Part shown: positions 1 through 12,202 of the stretch, one piece after another | How the letters are laid out: the number at the start of each line of letters is the position of its first letter | Position numbering within the stretch: the stretch's first letter is position 1 | NCBI GenBank assembly: GCA_001724245.1 | Contig: MEDX01000003.1 | Location: forward strand, 1-64,000 | Origin: Fonticula-like sp. SCN 57-25 | Taxonomy: Eukaryota | Reading direction: 5' to 3' | Length of the DNA stretch: 64,000 nucleotides | Translations under genes and position numbers: made by a program | Notes under the pieces: generated by a model | What the model saw: only the letters and a program-made list of their open reading frames with translations | Told to the model about the DNA's origin: nothing | The model's database searches: none

Positions 1-1112
1 GCGTGAAATTTTTCAATGATCCACACGGCGAGGCCGAGCGGCGAGTCGCCAAGGGCCACACCAAGCGTATCGGGACGCGTCCCCTGAACATGCATATATC
101 CCGTTTCCTCAAACAGCTTTCCCGCCATCCGCGAGAGGGGAAGCACCTTGTCCTGGTCGTGCTTGCTGAGCAACCAGTTTGGCAGCAGCGCGCTCGGGAA
201 AACACGAGTGAGGATGGACATTGGGGAAGGCACCGCGATGTTAAAGTTGCTGTGCATGCCGCGGCAACGCTCTGTGTCCATAAGCGCAATAGCGTTGGCT
301 ATGACTGCGCCCCAGTCGCCGCCTTGGATTACGTAGGAGTCGTACTGGAGACGGCGCATGAGCTTGATGAACATTGCGCCAACCTCGACGGGCGACACGC
401 CACTCGTCGATGGTGCCTCCGAGAATGTGTAGCCTGGGATTGACGGGACAACCACGTTGAACACAGTATCAGCTTCGGCGTCCTCGGCCAGCATCTGCGC
501 AATCTTGTGGAATTCGTAAAAGCTGCCGGGCCAGCCGTGCAGCATGAGAAGGGTGTCAACCCGCTGCGAGCCGGTCGGACGCGCGCGGACGTGCACAAAG
601 TGAAGGTCGAGGCCGTCAATGCGCGTCAAGAACTGAGGAAGGCTAGCAAGGATTCGCTCCTGCTTGCGCCAATTGAACTCAACGGCGCCGTCCACGGCCT
701 CGGACGCGCTGATGCCTCGGAGCCAGGAACGCGCAAGTGCCAGGATGGCTTCCTTGTCTGCACCATAGGACCACCCCACGCCATGTAGCTCTGACGACGA
801 CTCATAACGGCTCAAACCCAGCTCCAAGCGCATGCGAAGATCGGCAAGTGACTCGTCGCTCACCTTGAACTCAAACTCGCGGATGCTCTGTGCGTTGTCA
901 GGGGATGCGTGAGTACGGCTGGTATCAAATCAAGGCTCACTCGAACTTACAATGTCGTCGCGGAGATGGCGGTTCTCCTCCTTCCCAAACCAATAGGCGC
1001 CATCTTCGAGGTTGACTGGACGCAGAGGTTTCAACTCGAAAAAGCCACTATTCCAGGACGTCGCTGCCCCCAGGACCAAGGCGAACGCTACGATCAACAA
1101 GGCGGCACGCAT
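1..1112 (-). CDS. EPHX1: Microsomal-type epoxide hydrolase with N-terminal membrane anchor; 3' end runs off the window
   Basis: Manual minus-strand translation (main exon is absent from the ORF track): MRAALLIVAFALVLG...RDDI | intron ~950-888 | SIREFEFKV...LHFVHVR...HGWPGSFYEF...FNVVVPSIPGYTFS...QGGDWG (nucleophile)...ETGYMHVQGTRPDTLG...DSPLGLAVWIIEKF. These are EPHX1/JHEH family motifs. Confidence 0.93.
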
Positions 1113-1139
1113 CGCAAACTGCAAACTGCCTCTGCAACG

Positions 1140-1645
1140 ATGGAAGGGCTCGGTGATGGGGAGGATCTGCGCACAACGGGAGAGGAGAAGCTCGCCACGC
1201 TTCACACAATAGAGCTGGTGCGAGGTACAGGCGCGTAGATAACTGTGTTCCTGACAGCATTCCTTTGTTCCTGGCAGCAAATCCAACAACTTCTTCAGCT
1301 AGCCGGCACGGCAGTACGGCAGCTATCAAACACGGATTTTGACCAAACCGAGTTTGAGACGTCAGCCAGTGAGTACTTTAGTAACCTAGAGGTGCGCCTG
1401 CTTGTGTTTATGGTATTTCTTCTTTTTTTTACCAACTTTTGTTGCCTTGGTGACGATAGTCTATTCGCAACGGACTGAGAGAAGTGATCACCACAACGGC
1501 TGTGTCTGATCGCCCGTTCCAGCTCAGCACGTACCTCGAGGAAAAGCAGTTTGAGCTGTACGGTACAGCCGCCTCTCTCGCAGAAGCCGAAATTGCCAAT
1601 ATTCTTCAACTACTTCCCGACGCTGCCATTGAGCCCCGCCAGTAG
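1140..1645 (+). CDS. MED11: Mediator subunit 11
   Basis: Three exons: MEGLGDGEDLRTTGEEKLATLHTIEL | QIQQLLQLAGTAVRQLSN...ASEYFSNLE | SIRNGLREVITTTAVSDRPFQLSTYLEEK...PRQ*. Size, helical pattern and the P-x-x-x-S-x-Y motif fit Med11. Confidence 0.7.
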
Positions 1646-1755
1646 TAGCTTCTATAATGCAATGTTCTGTATACTATGCTATCATATTATTCAAGGAAAT
1701 GTACAAAAATACACAAGGAAATCTAGTCAGCGGCTTTGAATAGTGCTGCGGTCAC

Positions 1756-2991
1756 TCAAGGGGCAGCAATTTCAACCAGCCGCTCAATGACCTGCAAAGA
1801 TGTCGAGAGGTCGCCCGCGTCGTAAAACTAGCAAGATATCAGCGAACCGAATCACGTCCTGCAGACGCGTACCTTTGCCTTCCCTTCCGCTGCAATAAAC
1901 GCTACTTGCGTCCCCACACGAATGAGCCTAAAAGCAGATAACTGCAAGTTGAATCGCCTGCTAAACTGGTCCAGCACCGCGTCATAGAGCTCCGAGCCGT
2001 CCTGCGTCCCGAGCTTGTGCCCCAGTCGCTGCATGCTATCGGCGCCGACCGAAAGCGACAGTTTCCGAAGATGAGGCGCAACGGATTCAGGGGCAGCAAA
2101 AGTCAACTCCATCGGTTTGCCGGTGGCTATTCGACAGTCGGAATGTCAGGGATGACAACCAGAAAGCAAGGGCGCTTCGTACGGTCCAGAATAGCGTGAT
2201 GGCCCCACTGCTTCGCCAAAATGGAAAGGTCAGCGGGTGTAATGGACAGCGGCGAAACGCGGCAGTCAAAGTGCCGTTCCATCCACCTTGAAAAGAGGGC
2301 GATGTGAGGGGCCGAGCTGCGGATCAGCATGAGGGGGTAAGATCGAAAGTCGCTTCCCCCCATCGCCAAGGCAGCTGATTCGGCTACCAAAGTGGAAACA
2401 AGCACAGCTTGAATAGTCACACGAGGCGACTTTTCTGCTTCGCGATTGGCAACGTAGCTCACGTAGACATGCAGCGCCCAAACGTTGCGTTCTAAGTTTA
2501 CACGAGCAGTTAGGACGCAAGGCAGCAAGGCGGACAACAAAACAAGACATACCAATGTCTAGTGAAAGTGGGCGTATACGACAGCTGTCAACTTCCGGGT
2601 TGGGCAACGTGTTTGAAAGCTCTCTTGTTAAAAACGTCTTCAAGTCAGCTTCATGCACCGAGAGGTTCGACATCGTCAGCCCGTGGAGAGGAGACACGCG
2701 GTAAGTCGTCCACGACACATTCCGTAATGCTAAAAGCCAGCATAAGACTGCATTCGAGCAAGTGTACAGGGCGCGTCATACCACTCCAAGCTTTCTGTAA
2801 ATCGGCGAGCTGTGCTGCAGATGCGGACCTGTACTGAGATGCGGACGGGGTGACGCCGCCCGGCGTGTGCAGGGTCCGTCCAAGGCGCGAACCCGGTCGT
2901 CCAGCAGACAACGGCACACGCGTTAGCTAATATTTCGTTTCGTTAGAACAGAGGGTCAAGAGCTACAGTGCCGCACCCTTGGTGTGGACAT
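1756..2991 (-). CDS. CENPL: Centromere protein L (CENP-L/Fta1-like, CCAN subunit)
   Basis: Multi-exon. First exon MSTPR; contains WTTYRVSPLHGL and FRSYPLMLIRS...WMERHFDCRVSPLSITPADL...W, which resemble conserved CENP-L blocks. Confidence 0.75.
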
Positions 2992-3050
2992 CTTGACGCT
3001 TTGAAAACGGCTGGATTTTGGCGCTCTTTCGATCAGATTTGTAGGTTTGG

Positions 3051-3090
3051 TCGGTCAGCGTCGGTCAGCGTCGGTCAGCGTCGGCCAGCG
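3051..3090. repeat. Tandem decamer (TCGGTCAGCG)x4 in a bidirectional promoter
   Basis: Three exact copies plus the variant TCGGCCAGCG, seen directly. Confidence 0.9.
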
Positions 3091-3176
3091 GTTTGCTCCT
3101 TTTCGCGAAAAAGTCCGTCAGCCGTTTTTTCGTCGGTCTGTCCTGTGTGCAGTTTGGCGCCATTAACCTGTCCGCA

Positions 3177-4199
3177 ATGTCGTTTCCTGAGCACGACAAG
3201 GCGCAGATGAAGACCGCCGCAGAGGCATTGGTGCTTGGCCTCTCGGACGACGTTCAGGCCGCCGCTGCGGGTCTTATCGCTGCGACCCCGCACGTCATGC
3301 CTATCGCATTCACTGGCGAGCCGACGTATGACATTTACGTGCGTCGCAAAAACCGGCTCGATGGTTTCCGTATCCACCGCAACACGTCCAAGACCGAGCT
3401 CACTGATCTTCTCCGCGAGTCTTTTGGGCTTGAGGCAGGCACTGTCGTGCTTCGCCATGGCGGCGCGGTCATGAGCATGTCGGCGATGGCTCCCAACACC
3501 AAGGAGGACCCCTACATGCTGGACGTCTTGACGGGTTCGGAGGAGCGCCGTGTGACCCGTACGTCATTGCACACCAGTTTGCGTAGCATTGTAATTGACT
3601 CGTTTTATATTGTTTAAAGGCAAGAATAACAACACGCGCCGCTACACTGTGGACGACAAGCTTGCCGTTCAGGATCCCGGAAACAAGCATTACAAGAACG
3701 AGCAGAACGCACTGAAGTGGGGCAAGGAGAATCTCAAGGACATGGGCGGGCTTGTCATTTCGCTGTCGATGGCCATTCGCATGTGTCGCCACTTGCGCAC
3801 GCTCCAGTCTGCCTTTAACCTCAACCTCACCGGCCTTTCGCTCGCGGACCTCAGCAAGGAGTCTCTGCAAAACTTTGTTCGCGAGGCGGCGCGCTTCGTC
3901 AAGGGAGACAGCAGGCGTACGCGCAAGGTAGACGAAACGCGCGTCACCATTTTGAGGCAGCACGCACCGGGAAACTCAATTGCAAAGCTTTTTGACCAAT
4001 TGAACCAGATCATTCGCCGCAGCGTCCCCGCGGAAGTTGTCCTGCCGGACGACAACGAGCTCGCTTTCTTCAGCTCCAAGGTGCGCCTCTGCACCGCCGT
4101 ACTGCGGTTGTTGGATACTAAAAGGAACAATGCCTGCAGATAAGCACCAGGATCGAGGCGCCCGGCATTGGGCTAAACGACCTTGCAGGCCTCGCGTAG
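3177..4199 (+). CDS. Hypothetical protein (~300 aa) with a possible ubiquitin-like domain in the N-terminal half
   Basis: Three exons joined in frame by short canonical introns (gtacgt..aag; gtgcgc..cag), coding-like codon bias, no family recognised. Confidence 0.7.
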
Positions 4200-4526
4200 G
4201 CAAGCTCTTTTCGTTTTTTAATGCGGTTTTCTGTTCGTTTTGTTGCATTCTCTTTCATAGTAGGAGCCTTTCCTGAGTAGCCAGGCCGTGTATGTTGACT
4301 AGACGCGGGCCTTGGCTCAGTTGCGGTGTAAATAGTATGGATGATATCGAGGGCACATGCGCAGATGGTCACGTTTGCACAAAGGCGGGAAGGGGAGGGA
4401 TTTGGTATATTATATCAAACCACTGTGAAGTAAACAAAGAAAAACAAAAAGCGACGAGGCAACATATCGTCATGCACCACGTTTATCAAAACGTAGATAT
4501 AAATGAGCCAAATGACTCATGGTAAT

Positions 4527-7500
4527 CTAAGCCTGCTGGTGCTGCTGCTGCTGCTGCAACAAAAGGCGGACCTCAGCCTGCTGGTTCTGGGGAACGTTCG
4601 ACCAGAGAGCATCCTTAAGGTTGGCGGGGAGCTGGGCCTCCATCTGCAAAATAAGATGGAGCACACGGGCAAGCAGCTCCGGCTCCTTCTTGAGCACGGG
4701 TCCAAGAGCGCCGAGCGTCATCACCAAACCAATCTGAGGCAGGTTGGCCAAGTTGTTGGCGAAAAGGCCAGCATTATTACTACAGAGGACAGGGCAAAAT
4801 AGCAATAACATTAGTGACCACAGCCAAAAACTGGCAGAGCGTACGTCTCAATCAACTGGCAGAGGAAGCGATAGCACCGCTTCGCCTCACCGGCGTCCTT
4901 GCTGATCGGCAGCAGGCGCAGCCAATTCGCAATCGTCTCCGACGTATCAAAACGGTTGCCATAGCCCTCGAGAATCTTGGAAATGGCAGAAATAGCTAAA
5001 AGAGCCATCGCCGTTAGGAAACAGACGCCAAGCGGTGCAACGACACGAACCATTCTCAGTGGCGTAAATCTCGGATTCGCTACGAGCACCCTCGGCGGAC
5101 GCGACCTGGAACAGACGAGCGAGGCTCTCAAAGCAAAGCTGGTAAAAGTCATCGAGGCCAGAGAGCGCAAGGACACCAATGCCATAGACAGCAGCCTGGC
5201 GAATTTCAGGCATCTCATGCACAGACCCAGCAATCATCGGCTGGATGAAGAACTGATGGTACGTCTTGGCATGGTGCGGCGCAAACTCCAACAGATCGTC
5301 AAAGAGGCACAGGCCCCACTGCTGCTCAAGCAATGTGCGGTCCGCTCCCTGCACGGAGCGTAGTGAGCATAGGAAGCAACCCAATAGTGAGACGTACCAA
5401 CATGCCCGCCAATAATGGCACGAGCTCGTTAAAATAGGGGACATAGGCGTCTCCCATGGCCTTGAACACGGCATTGTTCATGCCGCCGATGGCACGCAGG
5501 AGGCGCTCCTCCTTGATCTCGTCCTCCTCAAGCTGGTCGGCCGTGTCGGCGTCGTACTCATCGGTACCGCGAAGCTGCTCAGTGGTGTGGATGCGAGCCA
5601 GGCAGTCGCGCAGCTGCGAGCCCAAAACGTTGGCAAGGTGCGTCAACTGCGCCACCGTGAAGCAGTTGGAGCCGAGGAGCTCGGCGGCAGAGGTGGCGGA
5701 CTCGAGGAAATCAGCAAGAACCGAAGCGTCCTCCTCGGTACGCATGACGTCCAGCATCATATTAAAAGCCGTCTCCCAAAGGCCAAGCACGGCTTGGCGA
5801 TCATGGTTCGCAAGGAGCAGCGAGTTGAGGAGCGGAGCAACGCACTGTGCGGCAGCAATACGCGTGGAGTCATCAAAGTAAAAGCGCATCAAGGGCACCA
5901 CAATGTTGAAGACCTCCTGGGCGTAAGAAGCAAAGCCGCCCTTGAGCTCACGCGCATAGCAGTACAGCATCTCAATGGCGGTGCACTTTTCGGCGAGGTT
6001 GCTCGTCTTGATGCAAAGGCGCTGATCGTGCACCTTGACGTACTCCCAGCCCTGGGCAGGGTCATACGTTTCTTCCGGGTTGTCATCATCAGGGTCAAGG
6101 AGCGCAATGTCAGGCTTGATGTGCGCCGACGCGATCACGGACGGCATCACGTGCGGCAGGTAGGCGAGGAAGTCGTCACCAAGGATCGAGCCGATGCGGG
6201 CGGCAGACGTGAGCATGAAGGAGGCCACCGGGTCGTCGGTCTCGAGACCGCTCTGCTGCTGCGTGCGCACGAGCAGGTCCATGACCACGCGCGCATCGTT
6301 ACCGAACGTAGCCTTACCAACGGCCATGCCAATAAGACTGATGCACTCCATCGTCTTGCCGAGAAGCATACGCGTCTCAGGACGCGACGCGGCGTAGGCA
6401 AGGATCTGCTGAAGGATGGGCATGAAGTGGCTGTAGTGGCGCTGGAAAAGCTCCTGGGACGCGTCCGCAACCGTGGCGATCGTGGTGACGGCCTGCTCAA
6501 GCACATACCGACGCGCATCGACGCGCAGCATATGGAAGAGCTTTGTGAGGATAGGGTCAAGGAAAGGATCCAGCTGCTCGCGGGCGGCCTGCTCCGTAAA
6601 GTTGACAAGGGCGGCAGCAGCATGCGCCTGGACGCGGGGGTTGTTCACGTCGTCGAGGAGGTGCAGAAGCGCCGGCAAAATGACATCCGAGAAATCCTCC
6701 TGGAAGACCGGAGCAAAATCGGTCGCCAGCTGACCGGCCGCATTGCAGAACGCATAGCGAACGCGCGGGTGCGGGTCCTGAACGAACGGCATGATGAGCT
6801 GAACGACGTCCTTCATGTGCTCGCTCATAGTTTTGGCGGCACCCTCAGCCATGGTGGAGATGGCAATGAGAGCAGCGTGGCGCTGAGCCCAGTCAGGGTT
6901 CTGAAGCATCGCCTGAATGGTGGTGAAGGCGGTGGGAACAACGGTAGTGCCGCGCAGAGCGGTGACAATGCGATCAAGCGCCTGCTCACCAACGGCAGCG
7001 TTGCACTTGTAGTCAAACTCATCCACGAGCTCCGTTGTGTACCAGTCGCTGTCATCCTCCAAGTCCATCATAAGGAAGAGCACCGTCGGGATAACCATGG
7101 AGACATAGGTAGCCGAGCGGCGCGAAGCCACAGGCGAGCGCTCCGCAATGGTGACGAGCATCTCAAGGGCAAGCTGGCGGGTCGAATCCTCCAGCTCCTT
7201 CTTGTTGACAATCTGGACCATCGCGTTGATGAGCAGCTCAATATGGGGGCGGACAAAGGACGGGGCAGAGCTGGCCATGTCAACAAAGCCGGTGAGCGCC
7301 TTCTGAGCAGAGTCCTCATCAAACTGGTTAAGGGCCTCTCCGATGACGCCGAGCATAGGGTGGACCATGTCGCTGAAGATGCTGCGCTCCTGCGAATTAA
7401 CCACGAGCAGGAGGCCGATCGTAGCCCGCAAGGCCATGATCCGAACCTCCACGGCAATGTTCTGTGTCAGAGCACGCGCGAGGACCTCCTTGAGCACGGT

Positions 7501-8107
7501 GATGTAGCGACCGAGGTTTTCGCCAAAGATGGTCGGCCACGACGCGAAGACGGTAAGCGGCATCTCGAGCTGCGCAGGATCGGGGTTGGACACTGCCTGG
7601 AACATAAAAGGAAGGAGCTCATCCCACGACTCGTCTAAAAGAGGGATACTTAGTATGCAGAAAAGCACAAAAGCACTGTGCGTACTCGTCTTGTGGAAAT
7701 ACTGACCAGCTTCGGCAACCGAGTGGCAAATCTTTTGGCGAACACTGCGATCCTGCTCCGATGAAAGACCACGCAGCAAGGCGTTCTTGCAGAAAACACG
7801 CGACTCTGGCCGGGTTTGACGCCAGAGCGACTTTTCGTCGTCCAGCGTGTTGAACGCATAGCGACGGAACAGAACGGCGCAAATCGACCTCACCTGCCGA
7901 GCAAAGAAAGTCAGAAAAGAGCGCTAATTCGCAAAAAAAGCGTACCTGCTTGTCCTGGGACTCTGTCATAGCAGAGCAAAGCTGCTGCAACAGCTGATCG
8001 GGCTGCTGCGAGGCTTGCTCAAATGCCTTCTCGGCATTCTCGCGAATGGCATTGTTCTCGGACAGCAACGAGGTAATCAGCTGCTCGAACTCGCCTTGCA
8101 TGGCCAT
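4527..8107 (-). CDS. IPO5: Importin-5 / karyopherin beta-3 (Pse1/Kap121)
   Basis: HEAT-repeat protein with DPHPRVRYA, PRVQAHAAAALVNF, EQAVTTIATVAD, GKTMECISLIGMAVG and IYATEN motifs; several short introns. Confidence 0.95.
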
Positions 8108-8745
8108 CGCTGCTCAAATGACCAAAGCGCACAAATCACACAAAGGTCTGCTCCGACGTCCAAAGAATGACTGACGAATCACAGCCACGCACAGTACGCT
8201 CCAAAAGAAAGAGGTAGTGCTGGCGATGGTGGTGCAGTCGACCGACCACGCGTGCCTTTCCCTTTTTCCTTCTGATTGGCGCCAAAACTGATCCGGATCT
8301 TTCAATCTGCCTTCAATCGGGATTCAATCCAGATTTGGTGGACCACCTGAAGCCAGGAAATGAGCACAGATGCCGAGCCATGGACAATAAGTACAAATAC
8401 TAGTATCTATTCATGTGTTAAAATGATTGTCAGCCAATGTTCTGGTTGGTATATATTAAGATGTCATCTAGACATTTGCAAATCGAAATTAAACGCAGAC
8501 CGCGTTCATATAAGCATAATAATAAGCAAACATAAATAATAACTAGTTACAACTAAATGTAGCAAGAACAGTACACGCAGATATCCTGCAGTATACATGT
8601 CACGCGGAGCTTTAAACGAAATATTGTCTCACATAACTAACAAATAGTACTCACTGGGCACAAGGCAATGCAAGTATACCATGCGCAAGCAAATAGGAAC
8701 AAACCCCACATGATGTCAATACATCATCACGAACATTCAAATATG

Positions 8746-9170
8746 CTAATTAATTAGCTGTGCCAGCGCTGAAGTAGGAGAAGATGCCTGGATCTGAAAG
8801 TGATGGTTGACCATGGCATACTGGCGGACGAGGTCCTCCGAATCGCACGTTGCGGCGACAACACGCGCGCGCTTGCGCCTGCAAGCGTCCATCAGCACGT
8901 CTATGCGCAAAGGCTCATTCGCTACAGCGCAGTGGTTAGATCCAGGGGGTACAACACGCAAATCCCATCGATGCGCGTACCTTGACTGGCGGCGAACTGC
9001 AGGTCCGGCACTTGCTGCATGTCATCATCCTCTTCGCGTTCCTCCCTTCTGCTCTCTAGAGAGAGCGGAGCAGGCTTCGCGACTGGCTTGTTCTCTTCCT
9101 CCGAAGCTGCGCCCCCTACAGATAGCGGCTGCAGTGACTTTGTAGTGGCATTCCACTTGAAGACGCCCAT
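8746..9170 (-). CDS. Small hypothetical protein (~120 aa)
   Basis: MGVFKWNATTK...FAASQ | gtacgc..ctaac..tag intron | ANEPLRIDVLMDACRRKRARV...AQLIN*; the splice is in frame. Confidence 0.55.
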
Positions 9171-9730
9171 GGATTCATTCAACACACCACTTGGTGAGAA
9201 GGACGGCAAAGGAAAGGGCAAGCAGAGCAAACCAGGCTTGGTTGCAAGACTTGTTCCAAGCACGAGAGGCTCGAGGGAGACCAAGACCGATACAGAGCCG
9301 AAACGTGCGCGTCAGCTCCGACGACTACTCCTTCACGTTTGGTCGTGTTTCGCACGTTTTCGATACGAATACAATTACTTTAAAAGGAAAGTGATCCCGA
9401 TCTCCACCAATCATATCGAGGGCTCTCTGCCAATCGAAAGTGGTCCCGACAGAGAGGACGGTCGGTATAACAGCGTCGCTTCGTCCTTAGAATGGACACT
9501 TTTTCACTTGACAATTGCACTGCGGAATTAGTAGACAACTCGCCTTAGCGCTATCTGGCACAATAGTGTCCTTTTTGTGTTGTTTGTTCTATATAAAAAC
9601 GGTAAAATCGGTACTTACATCACTCTTCAATCCAGGTTCAGTATGGTCGAACCTGCAAACTGCGATGCAAACTTGATCAATAACAAACTGCAAACTGCAA
9701 ACGTTCACTACTTGCTCGTTGGCCATCACC

Positions 9731-12045
9731 ATGTCGCGCCTCCTGTACCAGCCGAGCCCGGCGGCCTCGGAGAAGGCCTATGTAAAGTCCATGCAGCAGT
9801 ACGAGGAGCTGTACAACAAGTCTTTGACAGAGGGCGACGCCTTTTGGGGCGAATGCGCTCGTACGCTCGTCGACTGGCAGCGCCCTTTCTCCATCGTGTC
9901 GTCGGGGTGCGCAGAGTCACTCCGCACCCGACTTGCCTAACGCGGAACGGTAGCGGGCTGGAGCACGGAGACGTCGCCTGGTTCCCCGACGGTGAATTGA
10001 ATGTCTCTTTTAACTGTATTGATCGTCATGCGCATGCCGACCCGAACAAGGTGCGCCCCGCTGTTCGTTCGTGTTCGCAGTGTTGATTGTTGGAACAAGG
10101 TCGCCATCATTTTCGAAGGCGACACTCCTGATGTCGTCCGCCACATCACGTACGGCGAGCTTCTCCGCAGTGTCTGCCGTCTTGCGCATGTGCTGCGCGA
10201 CGAAGGCCTGACAAAGGGCGATACCGTCGGCATCTACATGCCCCACATCCCCGAGGCAGCCATCGCGATGCTCGCTTGCGCCCGTCTTGGTCTTCCGCAC
10301 AGCGTGATCTTTGGAGGTTTCAGCGCGGAAGCGTTGCGCAGTCGGCTGATTGACACTGGCTGCAAAGTCGTTATTACCGCCGACGAGGGGAAGCGCGCGG
10401 GCAAGAGAGTTCCGCTCAAGAAGACGGTCGACGAGGCGGTCGAGGAATGCCCGCTGGTGCGGCGCGTTGTCGTCTTCATGCACACCGGCTCGAATATTTC
10501 TATGAATCCTGCGCGGGATGTGTACTGGCATGACGCCGTGGTGAACAAGCGGCCGTACATCCCGCCTGTTGCTTGCAGCGCCGAAGACCCCCTGTTCCTC
10601 CTTTACACGTCTGGCAGTACGGGCAAGCCCAAGGGGCTCATGCACACCACCGTACGGTCATCTATTTCACTTGCCGATCAGCGCCATACTAAACCTGGGC
10701 TAGGGCGGGTATCTTGTGCACGCTGCTCTTTCGTTCAAGCACATTTTTGACTATCACCCCGGGGACATTTACTACTGCACGGCGGATGTTGGGTTTGTTT
10801 CGCTTTTGCCGCCTTCCTTTTCAGTCGGTCTAATCCGTTTATGCTAGATGGATCACGGGTCATTCATATGTTGTCTACGGCCCCCTATGCAACGGCGCGA
10901 CGACGCTTATGTTTGAGGGTGTCCCGATGTACCCCGACGCGGGCCGCCTCTGGGAGATTGTGGAGCGCCATCGCGTCACTCAGCTATACACCGCGCCGAC
11001 GGCCATCCGCGCCCTGAAGAAGCACGGAGACAGCTATGTGACAAAGTACGACCGCTCAAGCCTTCGTATCCTCGGCACCGTGGGCGAGCCGATCAATCCG
11101 GAGGCGTGGCTCTGGTACTACAACGTGGTCGGCGAGGGGCGCTGCTCGGTTGTCGACACTTTCTGGCAGACCGAAACGGGAGGCATCATGGTCTGCCCGC
11201 TGCCGGGCGCGACACCGACCAAGCCCGGCTCCGCCTCGCTGCCTTTCTGGGGCGTCGAGCCGGTCATCCTCGACCCCGTCTCTGGCAAGCTGCTGGAAGG
11301 TGCGCCTGACACCCCAATAGTCCCCTCTTGGCTAAAATTCGGCGGTCCAAAGGAAATGACGTATCTGGTGTGCTTGGCTTTGCCCGGCCGTGGCCCGGCA
11401 TGGCGCGCACCATCTTTGGCGACCACTCGCGCTATCTCGAGACGTACATGATGCCGTACAGGGGCTACTACTTTACCGGAGACGGGGCCGACCGCGACGA
11501 GCACGGCTACATCTGGGTCCGCGGACGCGTGGACGATGTCATCAACGTGTCGGGGCACCGCCTGGGGACGGCCGAGATTGAGAGCGCGCTTGTCGCGGGC
11601 GGTACCTGCGCCGAAGCTGCCGTCGTGGGAGCGCCCGACGAGCTCACTGGGTGCGCGCGATGCAATAGTAAATTGCAGCGGCCTGACGTGGGTGTTTCAG
11701 CCAAGCCATCTACTGTTTCTGCATTTTGAAGGATGGCTTTGAGGGGACGGATGCACTGGCAGCAACCCTGAAGCAGCAGGTGCGCCAGCATATCGGGCCC
11801 ATCGCCACCCCCAAGCGGATCTACTTTGTCCCGGGACTGCCAAAGACACGCTCGGGTAAGATCATGCGTCGCGTGCTTCGCAAGATTGCGGCCGACGAGT
11901 CAGACCAGCTTGGGTACGCTTCGCCTGCTTGTCGCAGCTTTACTGTATTTTGTGCTCACATGTTCGTGCGACCAGCGACACGTCGACGCTGGCTGACCCG
12001 TCTATCGTCGACATCCTGATTAAAATGGTCGAGGCGCCGAATTAA
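9731..12045 (+). CDS. ACS: Acetyl-CoA synthetase (AMP-forming)
   Basis: [66 protein letters not shown] and GDTSTLADP motifs; multi-exon. Confidence 0.97.
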
Positions 12046-12202
12046 ACATACCGAAGAGCTAGCGACCAAATTCCTGTGCAATTTTTACGAATACTTTTAA
12101 ATATACAACAAGAATGAGCTCTCCAATATGGTCGACAGCGCTAGCGCCAACAGCTTACAGCTAGCAACCAATCACACAGTTTCCCGCCATAATCGGCCTG
12201 CC

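Noticed and set aside
3..788. Plus-strand ORFs at the window start
   Set aside because: The real gene is the minus-strand epoxide hydrolase; these ORFs are its antisense frames.
5587..7638. 683-aa plus-strand ORF
   Set aside because: Antisense shadow of importin-5 caused by GC3-biased codon usage; no independent protein features.
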